Below are positions 8,794-16,910 of a stretch of DNA of 64,000 bases, piece by piece. Below the pieces are notes generated by a model. The model was not told where the DNA came from. It saw only the letters and a list, made by a program, of their open reading frames with translations, and searched no databases. Source of the DNA: an uncultured Mycoplasmatota bacterium (GTDB lineage: Bacteria; Bacillota_I; Bacilli_A; RF39; UBA660); contig URQZ01000004.1 of the NCBI GenBank assembly GCA_900550255.1, positions 9,481 to 73,480 of the forward strand. Reading direction: 5' to 3'. Made by a program: the position numbers and the translations under genes. Position 1 is the first letter of the stretch. Every line of letters begins with the position of its first letter.

Positions 8794-10002
8794 TTAATCA
8801 TATTTTTTATTAATTTTTGTTTCAATCATACTAGCCTTTTTAATTATTTTACGTCCAAATTTTTCCTTTAATTTATCAATTGTCTTTTCAACCTGTTCAC
8901 TTTCTTTTTTAGTATTATAATCATCAAACAAAGAAGTTTGAAAATTTACTTTATCTGTAAGTTTATCAAGTCTTATACCAATTAATCTAACAGGATAATC
9001 AGTCCACATTTCTTTTAAGACTTGTCTTGCTACCATATATATATCTTCTGAAGTATTTATAGCATTCATTATCTTTTTTTGATGACTTTTTCTTTTGAAA
9101 AAATTATCTTTTAATACTACAACAATAACATTTGCATATTTATTTTGCTTTCGTAATCTTAAAGCAACACTATCAGAAATAGCAAGTAAATATTTACAAA
9201 GTTCATTATAATCAGTCGCATCATGTGTAAGTGTTATTTCATTACCTATACTCGTAGGATCAACTACCTCACTTATAACCTCACTATTATCTATACCCCG
9301 CGCAATTCGATTTAAATAAATTGCTTGATTTTTAAAATACTTAGTTAATTTTTCAAGATCATAATGAGCTAAATCACCTATTGTCTTTATCCCTAATTTT
9401 TCTAACTTAGGTGCTGTTTTTTTACCTACTCCAAACAATTCACCAATATTAAGAGGATACATCTTTTTTTCTACTTCAAAATCATATAAAGTATGAACCT
9501 TATAAGGTTTAGAAAAATCAGAAGCCATTTTAGCGCATAACTTGTTATTAGCAATTCCAATATTAACCGTAAATCCTAAAGTATTTTTTATTTCTTCTTT
9601 TAATTTATGAGCAAATTTTAACTCATCTCCATATAAACTTTTAACTTTTCCATAATCTAAATAACATTCATCAATAGATGCAATTTCAATATCTGGAGAA
9701 TATTTACTTAAAAGATCGAACATCTTTTTAGACATCATACTATAAAATTTATAATTTGGTGGATAAATCTTTAAAATCCTACATTTTTTTCTAGCACTAT
9801 ATAAAGTTTCAGATGTATAAATTCCTAACTTTTTAGCAGCATTTGACTTAGCTAGAACAATTCCACTTCTTTTTGTTTCATCTCCACCTATAACAGCATA
9901 ACTATTTCTAATATCATATTTATACCCTTTATTTAAAAGATCAATAGCAGTCCATGATAAAAAAGCATTATTTACATCAATATGCATAATAATTCTTTCC
10001 AT
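8794..10002 (-). CDS. dinB: DNA polymerase IV (Y-family translesion polymerase)
   Basis: The N-terminus 'MHIDVNNAFLSWTAID' resembles the Y-family start. The block 'IDECYLD' carries the catalytic acidic residues. There is an HhH or little-finger region. An AGAGGTGG RBS precedes the start. Confidence 0.85.
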   Translation of the reverse strand: MERIIMHIDVNNAFLSWTAIDLLNKGYKYDIRNSYAVIGGDETKRSGIVLAKSNAAKKLGIYTSETLYSARKKCRILKIYPPNYKFYSMMSKKMFDLLSKYSPDIEIASIDECYLDYGKVKSLYGDELKFAHKLKEEIKNTLGFTVNIGIANNKLCAKMASDFSKPYKVHTLYDFEVEKKMYPLNIGELFGVGKKTAPKLEKLGIKTIGDLAHYDLEKLTKYFKNQAIYLNRIARGIDNSEVISEVVDPTSIGNEITLTHDATDYNELCKYLLAISDSVALRLRKQNKYANVIVVVLKDNFFKRKSHQKKIMNAINTSEDIYMVARQVLKEMWTDYPVRLIGIRLDKLTDKVNFQTSLFDDYNTKKESEQVEKTIDKLKEKFGRKIIKKASMIETKINKKYD

Positions 10003-10077
10003 CTAACCACCTCTAATTATATTTTAACACAAACATATGTTTTTAAAAATATAATTATTAATTTTTTTCAAAATTTA

Positions 10078-12999
10078 TTAATTCAAATTCAAATATTTGA
10101 TATTATTAACAATAATTTGATATTTATCAAATCTTTTTTCAACTTTTCCACTTATTAAAACTGTTTTATCTCTTTTTATTTCATTTAAAGTTTTATAAAG
10201 TTGTGGAAAAACAACACCATCGATACTTGCAAGTTCATCTGAAATTTTAATAAAACACATTTTATCTTGCTTTTTAGTTTCAACTTCCTTAACATAATCT
10301 ATTGTTCCTATAATATTAACATTTTTATCAAACCAATGTGAAACATCACAAATATTAAATTTATTATTTAATTTTTGTTTATATTCTGTAATTGGATTAT
10401 CGCTTATATAAAGACCGATAACATCTAGTTCACGTTTTAATAATTCATGTTTACTGTATTCTTCTTTAATCTCTAATTCAGGGAGTAAAACAAACTCTTC
10501 ATCTAAATCTTTAATAAGTTCACCATAGTTAATAATTAGATCAATTCCATCAATCATTGTTCTATGATTTAAATCAAAAGAATCAAAACATCCAGCATCA
10601 ATTAAACTAATTAATGTTTTTTTATTTATATTTTTACGATTTGTTCTTTTAATAAAATCATAAATACTTTTAAAATCACCATTTTTTCTTTCATCTAAGA
10701 TATTATTAACTATCATGCTTCCTAAATTTTTTAAACCAGTTAAAGGATAACGAATACCATCCTTTTCTTTTAAATAATACTTATCACTCTTATTTATATC
10801 AGGTTTTAAAATATTCAAGCCCTCTTTTTTACACTCATATATATATTCTTTTGTTTTATTCACACTATTTAATTCAAAATTTAACAATGTTTTCATAAAA
10901 TCTTCTTTATAGTGGGCCTTTAAATAAGCCATTCTATAAGAAATAGTTGCATACGATACAGAATGAGCTTTATTAAAACCATAAGCTGCGAATTTTAAAA
11001 TTAGATCATAAATTTTACGAGCCAATTCTTCAGAATATCCACGCTTAATACTACCATTTATAAATTTATCTTTTTCTTTAAGAAGAATTTCTTCCTTTTT
11101 CTTACTCATAGCTCTTCTTAAAATATCAGCTTCCCCTAGTGAAAAACCAGCCATAATACTTGCTATTTGCATAATTTGTTCTTGATAAATAATGATTCCA
11201 TAAGTAGGTTTTAAAACTTTTTCAAGTGATTTATCAAAATAATCAATTTTTTCCTTATTTTGTTTTCTTTTAATATATGAATCGATATTATTCATAGGTC
11301 CCGGTCTAAATAAAGCAAGAGCAGCAACTATATCTTGAAAATTACTAGGTCTAAACTTTCTTAAAAAATTCATCATACCAGTAGATTCAAATTGAAAAAT
11401 GCCTAATGTATTAACACTAGTAAAAACATTTGTAGCCTCACTGTCTTCAAAAGGAATATCATCAAAACTAATTACTTTATTTTTTTTATTTACTTCTTTT
11501 AAAACAGTATCAATTAAAGTTAAATTTTTAATTGCCAGCAAATCCATTTTTAATAGTCCCTGCTCTTCTAAATAATCCATTGAATAAGCAGTTAAAAACA
11601 TTCCATCTTTTTTATAAAGAGGTAGGATCTCATCCAAATTTTCATTACACATAACAATTCCAGCTGCATGATTTGAAGTATGTCTTTTTAAACCTTCAAA
11701 TTTTAATGATACTTTGTATAAATTAAAAAGTTCGCTATCCTCATTTAAAATACGTTTTAATTTGCTATCATTGTAATTTTCTCTTAAAGATAAATTAGAA
11801 TCAATTAATTTAGTTAAAGCATCTATCTTATCCAAATTAATATCCATAACGCGTCCAATATCTCTAATTGCCTGTTTTGCTCCTAATGTATTAAAGGTGA
11901 TAATACCTGCGACTTTTTTGTTTCCATACTTATTAACACAATAATTAATAACTTCTTCGCGTCTATCATATTGAAAATCAATATCAATATCGGGCATTGT
12001 TACCCTTTCCGGATTTAGAAAACGTTCAAATAATAAATTATATTTAATAGGATCTATTGTTGTTATATTAAGAAGATAAGACACTAATGAACCAGCAGCA
12101 CTTCCCCTACCAGGTCCTACTAAAATACCATGTTCTTTAGCATACTTAACATAATCATAAACAACTAAAAAATAATTACAAAAACCCATTTTATTAATTA
12201 TATTTAATTCATATTTTAATCTATCAATATATACTTTACCTACACTACTACCAAATCTTTTGCGCATTCCATCTTGACATAATTCTTTTAAATAAGAATA
12301 TGCATCTAAATTATTAGGACATTCATAAATAGGAAGTAAATCTTTATGTAATTCTATTTTTAAATTACACATATCTAAAATTTTTTGATTATTGGAATTA
12401 AAATCATAATTCTTAATTTCCTCTGGTAGTAATAAATGATTATCACCTAAAATATTTATCTCATCTATTTTCTTACCATCTCTAATAGCTATTAAATATT
12501 TTAAATAATTAGAATCTTTTTTTTGTAAATATAAAGTTTCATTCATATAAATAGATATATCTTTATTAATAAGGTCATATTCTTCTTTGTTTTTATAACT
12601 AATAAAAACATTTTGAAACATCTTATTTAATTCATCATAAATAAAGCGATAATTAAAAGGAATAACACAGATTAGATCAGAACTATATTTTTCTAAAATA
12701 TTAATATCTACTTTACTTTCAGACATAATCGTAGATATTTTTAATAAATTTTTATACCCATTATAATTTTTAGCGTACAAAACTAAATTATTATCTAATT
12801 TTACTTCTAAACCGATAATAGGTTTAATATCATTTTGTAAACATTTTTTATAAAATTCCATGACACCAAACATATTATTATCTACAATAGATAATGCCTT
12901 ATAATTATAACTTTTCGCAAATTTAATTAATTCATCTATTTTAATTAAACTTGAAAGAAGCGAATTCTCCGTTTTTATATATAAAGGTACATAGTTCAT
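10078..12999 (-). CDS. dnaE: DNA polymerase III alpha subunit, DnaE-type
   Basis: The 973-aa protein has an N-terminal PHP domain and the polymerase core motifs 'MPDIDIDF' and 'GRGSAAGSLVSY' characteristic of DnaE. Confidence 0.9.
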   Translation of the reverse strand: MNYVPLYIKTENSLLSSLIKIDELIKFAKSYNYKALSIVDNNMFGVMEFYKKCLQNDIKPIIGLEVKLDNNLVLYAKNYNGYKNLLKISTIMSESKVDINILEKYSSDLICVIPFNYRFIYDELNKMFQNVFISYKNKEEYDLINKDISIYMNETLYLQKKDSNYLKYLIAIRDGKKIDEINILGDNHLLLPEEIKNYDFNSNNQKILDMCNLKIELHKDLLPIYECPNNLDAYSYLKELCQDGMRKRFGSSVGKVYIDRLKYELNIINKMGFCNYFLVVYDYVKYAKEHGILVGPGRGSAAGSLVSYLLNITTIDPIKYNLLFERFLNPERVTMPDIDIDFQYDRREEVINYCVNKYGNKKVAGIITFNTLGAKQAIRDIGRVMDINLDKIDALTKLIDSNLSLRENYNDSKLKRILNEDSELFNLYKVSLKFEGLKRHTSNHAAGIVMCNENLDEILPLYKKDGMFLTAYSMDYLEEQGLLKMDLLAIKNLTLIDTVLKEVNKKNKVISFDDIPFEDSEATNVFTSVNTLGIFQFESTGMMNFLRKFRPSNFQDIVAALALFRPGPMNNIDSYIKRKQNKEKIDYFDKSLEKVLKPTYGIIIYQEQIMQIASIMAGFSLGEADILRRAMSKKKEEILLKEKDKFINGSIKRGYSEELARKIYDLILKFAAYGFNKAHSVSYATISYRMAYLKAHYKEDFMKTLLNFELNSVNKTKEYIYECKKEGLNILKPDINKSDKYYLKEKDGIRYPLTGLKNLGSMIVNNILDERKNGDFKSIYDFIKRTNRKNINKKTLISLIDAGCFDSFDLNHRTMIDGIDLIINYGELIKDLDEEFVLLPELEIKEEYSKHELLKRELDVIGLYISDNPITEYKQKLNNKFNICDVSHWFDKNVNIIGTIDYVKEVETKKQDKMCFIKISDELASIDGVVFPQLYKTLNEIKRDKTVLISGKVEKRFDKYQIIVNNIKYLNLN

Positions 13000-13136
13000 C
13001 TAATCACCTCACTAATTTAATTCTACTATATTTTGATTTATTTTTAAAGTTTTAATCATAATTATTTGACTTATTTCATAGTTTATGGTAAAGTTATAGG
13101 GCATAGGACGAAAAAATTTTAAAGGAGGATTTAAAA

Positions 13137-13337
13137 ATGGCTAAAAAAATATCAAGTAAAAAATCTTTATTTGGAAATAGAAGATCTCACTCACTTAGAG
13201 CTACTAGACATGCTCAAAAACCTAACTTTCAAAAAGTTACTTTAGAAAATGGTGAAAAAGTTGTAATGACTGCAAGAGAATTAAGAACTCTAAGAAAAGC
13301 AACAAAAACTGAAGTTGAAACTGAAATAGCTGCATAA
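13137..13337 (+). CDS. rpmB: 50S ribosomal protein L28
   Basis: The 66-aa protein matches the L28 pattern, e.g. 'GNRRSHSLRATRHAQKPNFQKV...ARELRTLRK'. An AAAGGAGG RBS precedes the start. Confidence 0.85.
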   Translation: MAKKISSKKSLFGNRRSHSLRATRHAQKPNFQKVTLENGEKVVMTARELRTLRKATKTEVETEIAA

Positions 13338-13346
13338 GCTATTTTT

Positions 13347-13829
13347 TTGTATATTTCTAAATTTATAAATCATAATAATAATGGTGATAATGTGAATGAA
13401 AATTTAGAAGTAATTAGCCATATCTATAAAGATTGTGATGCCTCTATTTCTTCTTTAACAACAATGTTAAAGGATTTAAAGGATAAAGATAACAAAATAA
13501 AAGAAACAACTCAAAACATCTTAAAGGGATATGAACGCTATTTAAAAGAAACTAAAAATTTATTAAAAAAAGGAAATGTTGAACCTGAAAAAATGGGATT
13601 AATACCTAAAATGATGGCCAAAATGGGTGTTGATAGAGAAGTTAAAAATGATAATAGTGATGCTTCTATGGCTAGCATGTTAATACAAGGTATTCAAATG
13701 GGTGTGTTAGATATTGAAAAAAAATTAAAACAATATGAAAAAACAATTGATAAAAAAACAATTAAATTTGTTGAAGAATTTAAAAACTTTCAACAGGATA
13801 ATATTGAAGATTTAAAAAAACATTTATAA
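13347..13829 (+). CDS. hypothetical protein; the true start may lie downstream of the first ATG
   Basis: The ORF follows rpmB by 9 nt. The protein is Lys- and Asn-rich with no recognisable motif. Confidence 0.35.
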   Translation: MYISKFINHNNNGDNVNENLEVISHIYKDCDASISSLTTMLKDLKDKDNKIKETTQNILKGYERYLKETKNLLKKGNVEPEKMGLIPKMMAKMGVDREVKNDNSDASMASMLIQGIQMGVLDIEKKLKQYEKTIDKKTIKFVEEFKNFQQDNIEDLKKHL

Positions 13830-13870
13830 AAAAACTTTATCGTTTAACTCGGTAAAGTTTTTTATTTTTT
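13829..13870. terminator. bidirectional terminator between the 13347..13829 ORF and paralog 1
   Basis: The hairpin aaaactttatcg/cggtaaagtttt is flanked by A-runs and T-runs. The same hairpin type follows each of the three paralogs. Confidence 0.6.
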
Positions 13871-14754
13871 TGAAACTGTAGAAAAGCTTTTCTATCTTCA
13901 TCATCCATATTATTTTTTTCTCGTTCTAATTCTAATATCAATTTATCTGCTTTTTTATCTTGATGTACTAAAATTAAATTTTTTATATTTTCTAATCTTT
14001 CTTTTAAATTGTTAGACATTTTGGGTTGTTCAAAAATTCCAACATAATTAATATCTTTATTTCCATTATTTTTAATATAATATTCATATGGTAATGGAAG
14101 AGATAAAAATTCAAAATCATCTTCAAAAAATTCAGTAATTTCAAGCATTCTTTCAGAAAAAAATTGTGATTTATTTTTCATTTTTTTAATTCTATATATT
14201 CGATTTAAATACAATAAAGATTTACTAAGTTTTTCCCCACCGTTTTTTATATAGTTTTCTAAATATTCACGTGCTTCTTCAACATATCTATTTTTGTAGC
14301 ACATTTTTCCTAAATAATAATTAAAAATATTGTGTTGTGTAACATACAAACCTGTTAAATAATAATCATAAGCTTCTGCCAGTTTTTCCTTTTTATATAA
14401 AATTTTAGTTTCTATATCACAATTACATTCTTTAACTAAATCACATTTTTTATAAAGTTTCTTACCTTCAGCTTGTAAAAATTTATATTGTTCTTTTTGT
14501 GATCCTGACAAATCTAAATACTTCTTTCTTTCTAAAATCATATTTTTTAAACACCTTAGTTGTCGTTTATAATTAAAAATTGGAAGAGAAGTTATTATAT
14601 AAGAATAAATATATTCAGCTTCATCTATATTAATAGGTATTAATTTATATGCATATCTAGCTAAACTAACTAAATCTAATTTAAAATCCTTATCAAAATT
14701 TTTTCTTAATATATTTATAACCATGTCCTTAGTGTATACTTCTCTATTATTCAT
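13837..14754 (-). CDS. tandem paralog 1 of an unknown protein family (about 305 aa, TPR-like helical repeats), encoded downstream of clpC
   Basis: A GGAGG RBS precedes the start. The ends shared with paralogs 2 and 3 are the N-terminal block 'ILRKNFD..FKLDLVSLARYAYKLIPINID.AEYIYSYII' and the C-terminal block 'HQDKKADK.L.ELE.EKNNM.....LQFQKNKKLYR..R'. Residues roughly 195-260 diverge. Confidence 0.7.
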   Translation of the reverse strand: MNNREVYTKDMVINILRKNFDKDFKLDLVSLARYAYKLIPINIDEAEYIYSYIITSLPIFNYKRQLRCLKNMILERKKYLDLSGSQKEQYKFLQAEGKKLYKKCDLVKECNCDIETKILYKKEKLAEAYDYYLTGLYVTQHNIFNYYLGKMCYKNRYVEEAREYLENYIKNGGEKLSKSLLYLNRIYRIKKMKNKSQFFSERMLEITEFFEDDFEFLSLPLPYEYYIKNNGNKDINYVGIFEQPKMSNNLKERLENIKNLILVHQDKKADKLILELEREKNNMDDEDRKAFLQFQKNKKLYRVKR

Positions 14755-14835
14755 AATAATTCCTCCATAATGTTTCTTATTATAATAAATATTGGTCTTT
14801 TTTTCAAGAAAAAAGACTTACTATTTTGATAAATT

Positions 14836-14870
14836 AAAAAACTCTATCGTCTAGATCGATAAAGTTTTTT
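14836..14870 (-). terminator. terminator hairpin whose loop contains the paralog 2 stop codon
   Basis: The sequence 'aaaaactctatcgtCTAgatcgataaagtttttt' holds the minus-strand stop (plus CTA, minus TAG) in its loop. An identical element lies at 15902..15935 after paralog 3. Confidence 0.55.
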
Positions 14871-15779
14871 ATTTTTTTGAAATTGCAATAATATTTGTTT
14901 CTCTTTCTTATTCATATTATTTTTTTCTTGTTCTAATTCTGATAACATTTTATCAGCCTTTTTATCTTGATGCATTAAAATTAATCTTTTTATATCTTCT
15001 AGTCTTTCTTTTAAATTAATAGATACTTCTTCTTTTATTTCAATTTTTTTTATTTGATTTTCACAAACATTTTTAACAGACTCTTCATTTTCGACTTCAA
15101 AATAAGAATCTGGCATAATCGGACAATTTTTAAATCTAAAATTATTTTCAAAAAACTTATTAATTTCAATCATTCTTTCATGAAATAATTGTGCTTTATC
15201 GTTTACTTTTTTCATTTTATATATTCCACTTAAATATAATAAAGATTTACTAAGTTTTTCTCCGCCATTTTTTACATAAATTTTGAAATAATGAAGGGCC
15301 TCATCAATACAATCATTTTTATAACATATTTTTCCTAAATAATAATTAAAAATGTTAAGTTGCGTAATATATAACCCCATCAAATAATAATCATAAGCAT
15401 TTTCTAATTTTTCTTTTTTATATAAAAGTTTAGCTTCCATATCATAATTATATTTCTTACTTAGCTTATGACTTTTATAAAAACTTCTTCCTTCATTTTT
15501 AAAAAAATTATATCTTTCTTTTTGCGATTCTGACATCCCTAAATATTTCTTTCTTTCTAAAATCATATTTTTTAAACAATTTAGTTGTCGTCTATAATTA
15601 AAAATCGGAAATGAATTAATTATATAAGAATAAATATATTCAGTTTCATCTATATTAATGGGTATTAATTTATATGCATATCTAGCTAAACTAACCAAAT
15701 CTAATTTAATTTCCCCATCAAAGTTTTTTCTTAATATATTTATAACTTTATCTTTGATACGTTTCTTCTCTTCAGTCAT
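14844..15779 (-). CDS. tandem paralog 2 of the unknown family
   Basis: A GTGGGGGA RBS precedes the start. The protein is 311 aa. Its ends match paralogs 1 and 3 and its central segment is variable. Confidence 0.7.
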   Translation of the reverse strand: MTEEKKRIKDKVINILRKNFDGEIKLDLVSLARYAYKLIPINIDETEYIYSYIINSFPIFNYRRQLNCLKNMILERKKYLGMSESQKERYNFFKNEGRSFYKSHKLSKKYNYDMEAKLLYKKEKLENAYDYYLMGLYITQLNIFNYYLGKICYKNDCIDEALHYFKIYVKNGGEKLSKSLLYLSGIYKMKKVNDKAQLFHERMIEINKFFENNFRFKNCPIMPDSYFEVENEESVKNVCENQIKKIEIKEEVSINLKERLEDIKRLILMHQDKKADKMLSELEQEKNNMNKKEKQILLQFQKNKKLYRSRR

Positions 15780-15908
15780 GATAATTCCCCCACTAAAGTT
15801 TAAATAATTATTTTTATTATAATAAATATTATGTCTTTTTTCAAGAAAAAAGAAAATACTACTTTGATAAATTAAAAATAATTATCAAACAGAACAATAT
15901 TAAAAACT

Positions 15909-16838
15909 CTATCGTCTAGATCGATAAAGTTTTTTGTTTTTTTGAAATTGCAATAATATTTGTTTATCTTCTCTATTCATATTGTTTTTTTCTCGTTCTA
16001 ATTCTAATAATATTTTATCAGCTTTCTTATCTTGATGAGCTAAAATTAACTTTTTTATAGTTTCTAATTTTTCTTCTAAATTAATGTCTACATCTTTCTT
16101 TGTATTATCTATTTCATCTTCAGAAACATTTTTAATATTATCTTCACTTTCTATTTCAAAATAGTAATCTTCTATAATTGGAATATTTTTAAATTCAAAT
16201 TCATTATCAAAAAATCTAGTAAGTTCGGTAATCATTTCAGAAAATACTTGGGGTTTATCTTTTATCTTCTTAATTTTATATATTCTATTTAAATACAATA
16301 AAGCTTTACTAAGCTTTTCACCACCATTTTTTATATATTCTTCAAAATATTCACAAGCCTCATCAATATGGCTATTTTTATAACACATTTTTCCTAAATA
16401 ATAATTAAAAATATTGTGTTGCGTAACATATAAACCAGCTAAGTAATAATCATAAGCTTCCTCTAATTTTTCTTTTCTATATAAAAGTTTAGCTTCCATA
16501 TCATAATTATACTTCCTATTTAAATTACAGTTTCTATATAGTCTTCTTCCCCTAGCTTTCAAAAAATTGTATCTTCGTTGTTCTAATCCTGATAATTCTA
16601 AATACTTTTTTCTTTCAATAATCATATTTTTTAAACAATTTAGTTGACGCTTATAATTAGAAATTGGAAATGAATTGATTATATAAGAATAAATGTATTC
16701 AGCAGCATCTATATTGTTTGGTATCAATTTATGTGAATACCTAGCTAAGCTGATTAAATCTAGTTTAAAATTATCATCAAAGTTATTTTTTAATATATCT
16801 ATAACTTTATCTTTACTATACATCTTTTCTTCAAACAT
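15909..16838 (-). CDS. tandem paralog 3 of the unknown family
   Basis: A GGAGG RBS precedes the start. The protein is 309 aa. It lies directly downstream of clpC and its terminator-like hairpin at 16860..16910. Confidence 0.7.
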   Translation of the reverse strand: MFEEKMYSKDKVIDILKNNFDDNFKLDLISLARYSHKLIPNNIDAAEYIYSYIINSFPISNYKRQLNCLKNMIIERKKYLELSGLEQRRYNFLKARGRRLYRNCNLNRKYNYDMEAKLLYRKEKLEEAYDYYLAGLYVTQHNIFNYYLGKMCYKNSHIDEACEYFEEYIKNGGEKLSKALLYLNRIYKIKKIKDKPQVFSEMITELTRFFDNEFEFKNIPIIEDYYFEIESEDNIKNVSEDEIDNTKKDVDINLEEKLETIKKLILAHQDKKADKILLELEREKNNMNREDKQILLQFQKNKKLYRSRR

Positions 16839-16910
16839 AATAATTCCTCCATAATGTTTTTTATTATAATAAATATTAAAATCTTTTGCAAGAAAAAAAG
16901 AGAAATATCA

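Noticed and set aside
13831-16910. Possibility that the ~1 kb tandem repeats are a CRISPR array or an IS/transposon cluster
   Set aside because: The units are about 1 kb, each contains a full-length ORF with an RBS, and there are no short spacer-repeat periodicity, inverted terminal repeats or transposase motifs. I interpret the units as paralogous protein-coding genes.
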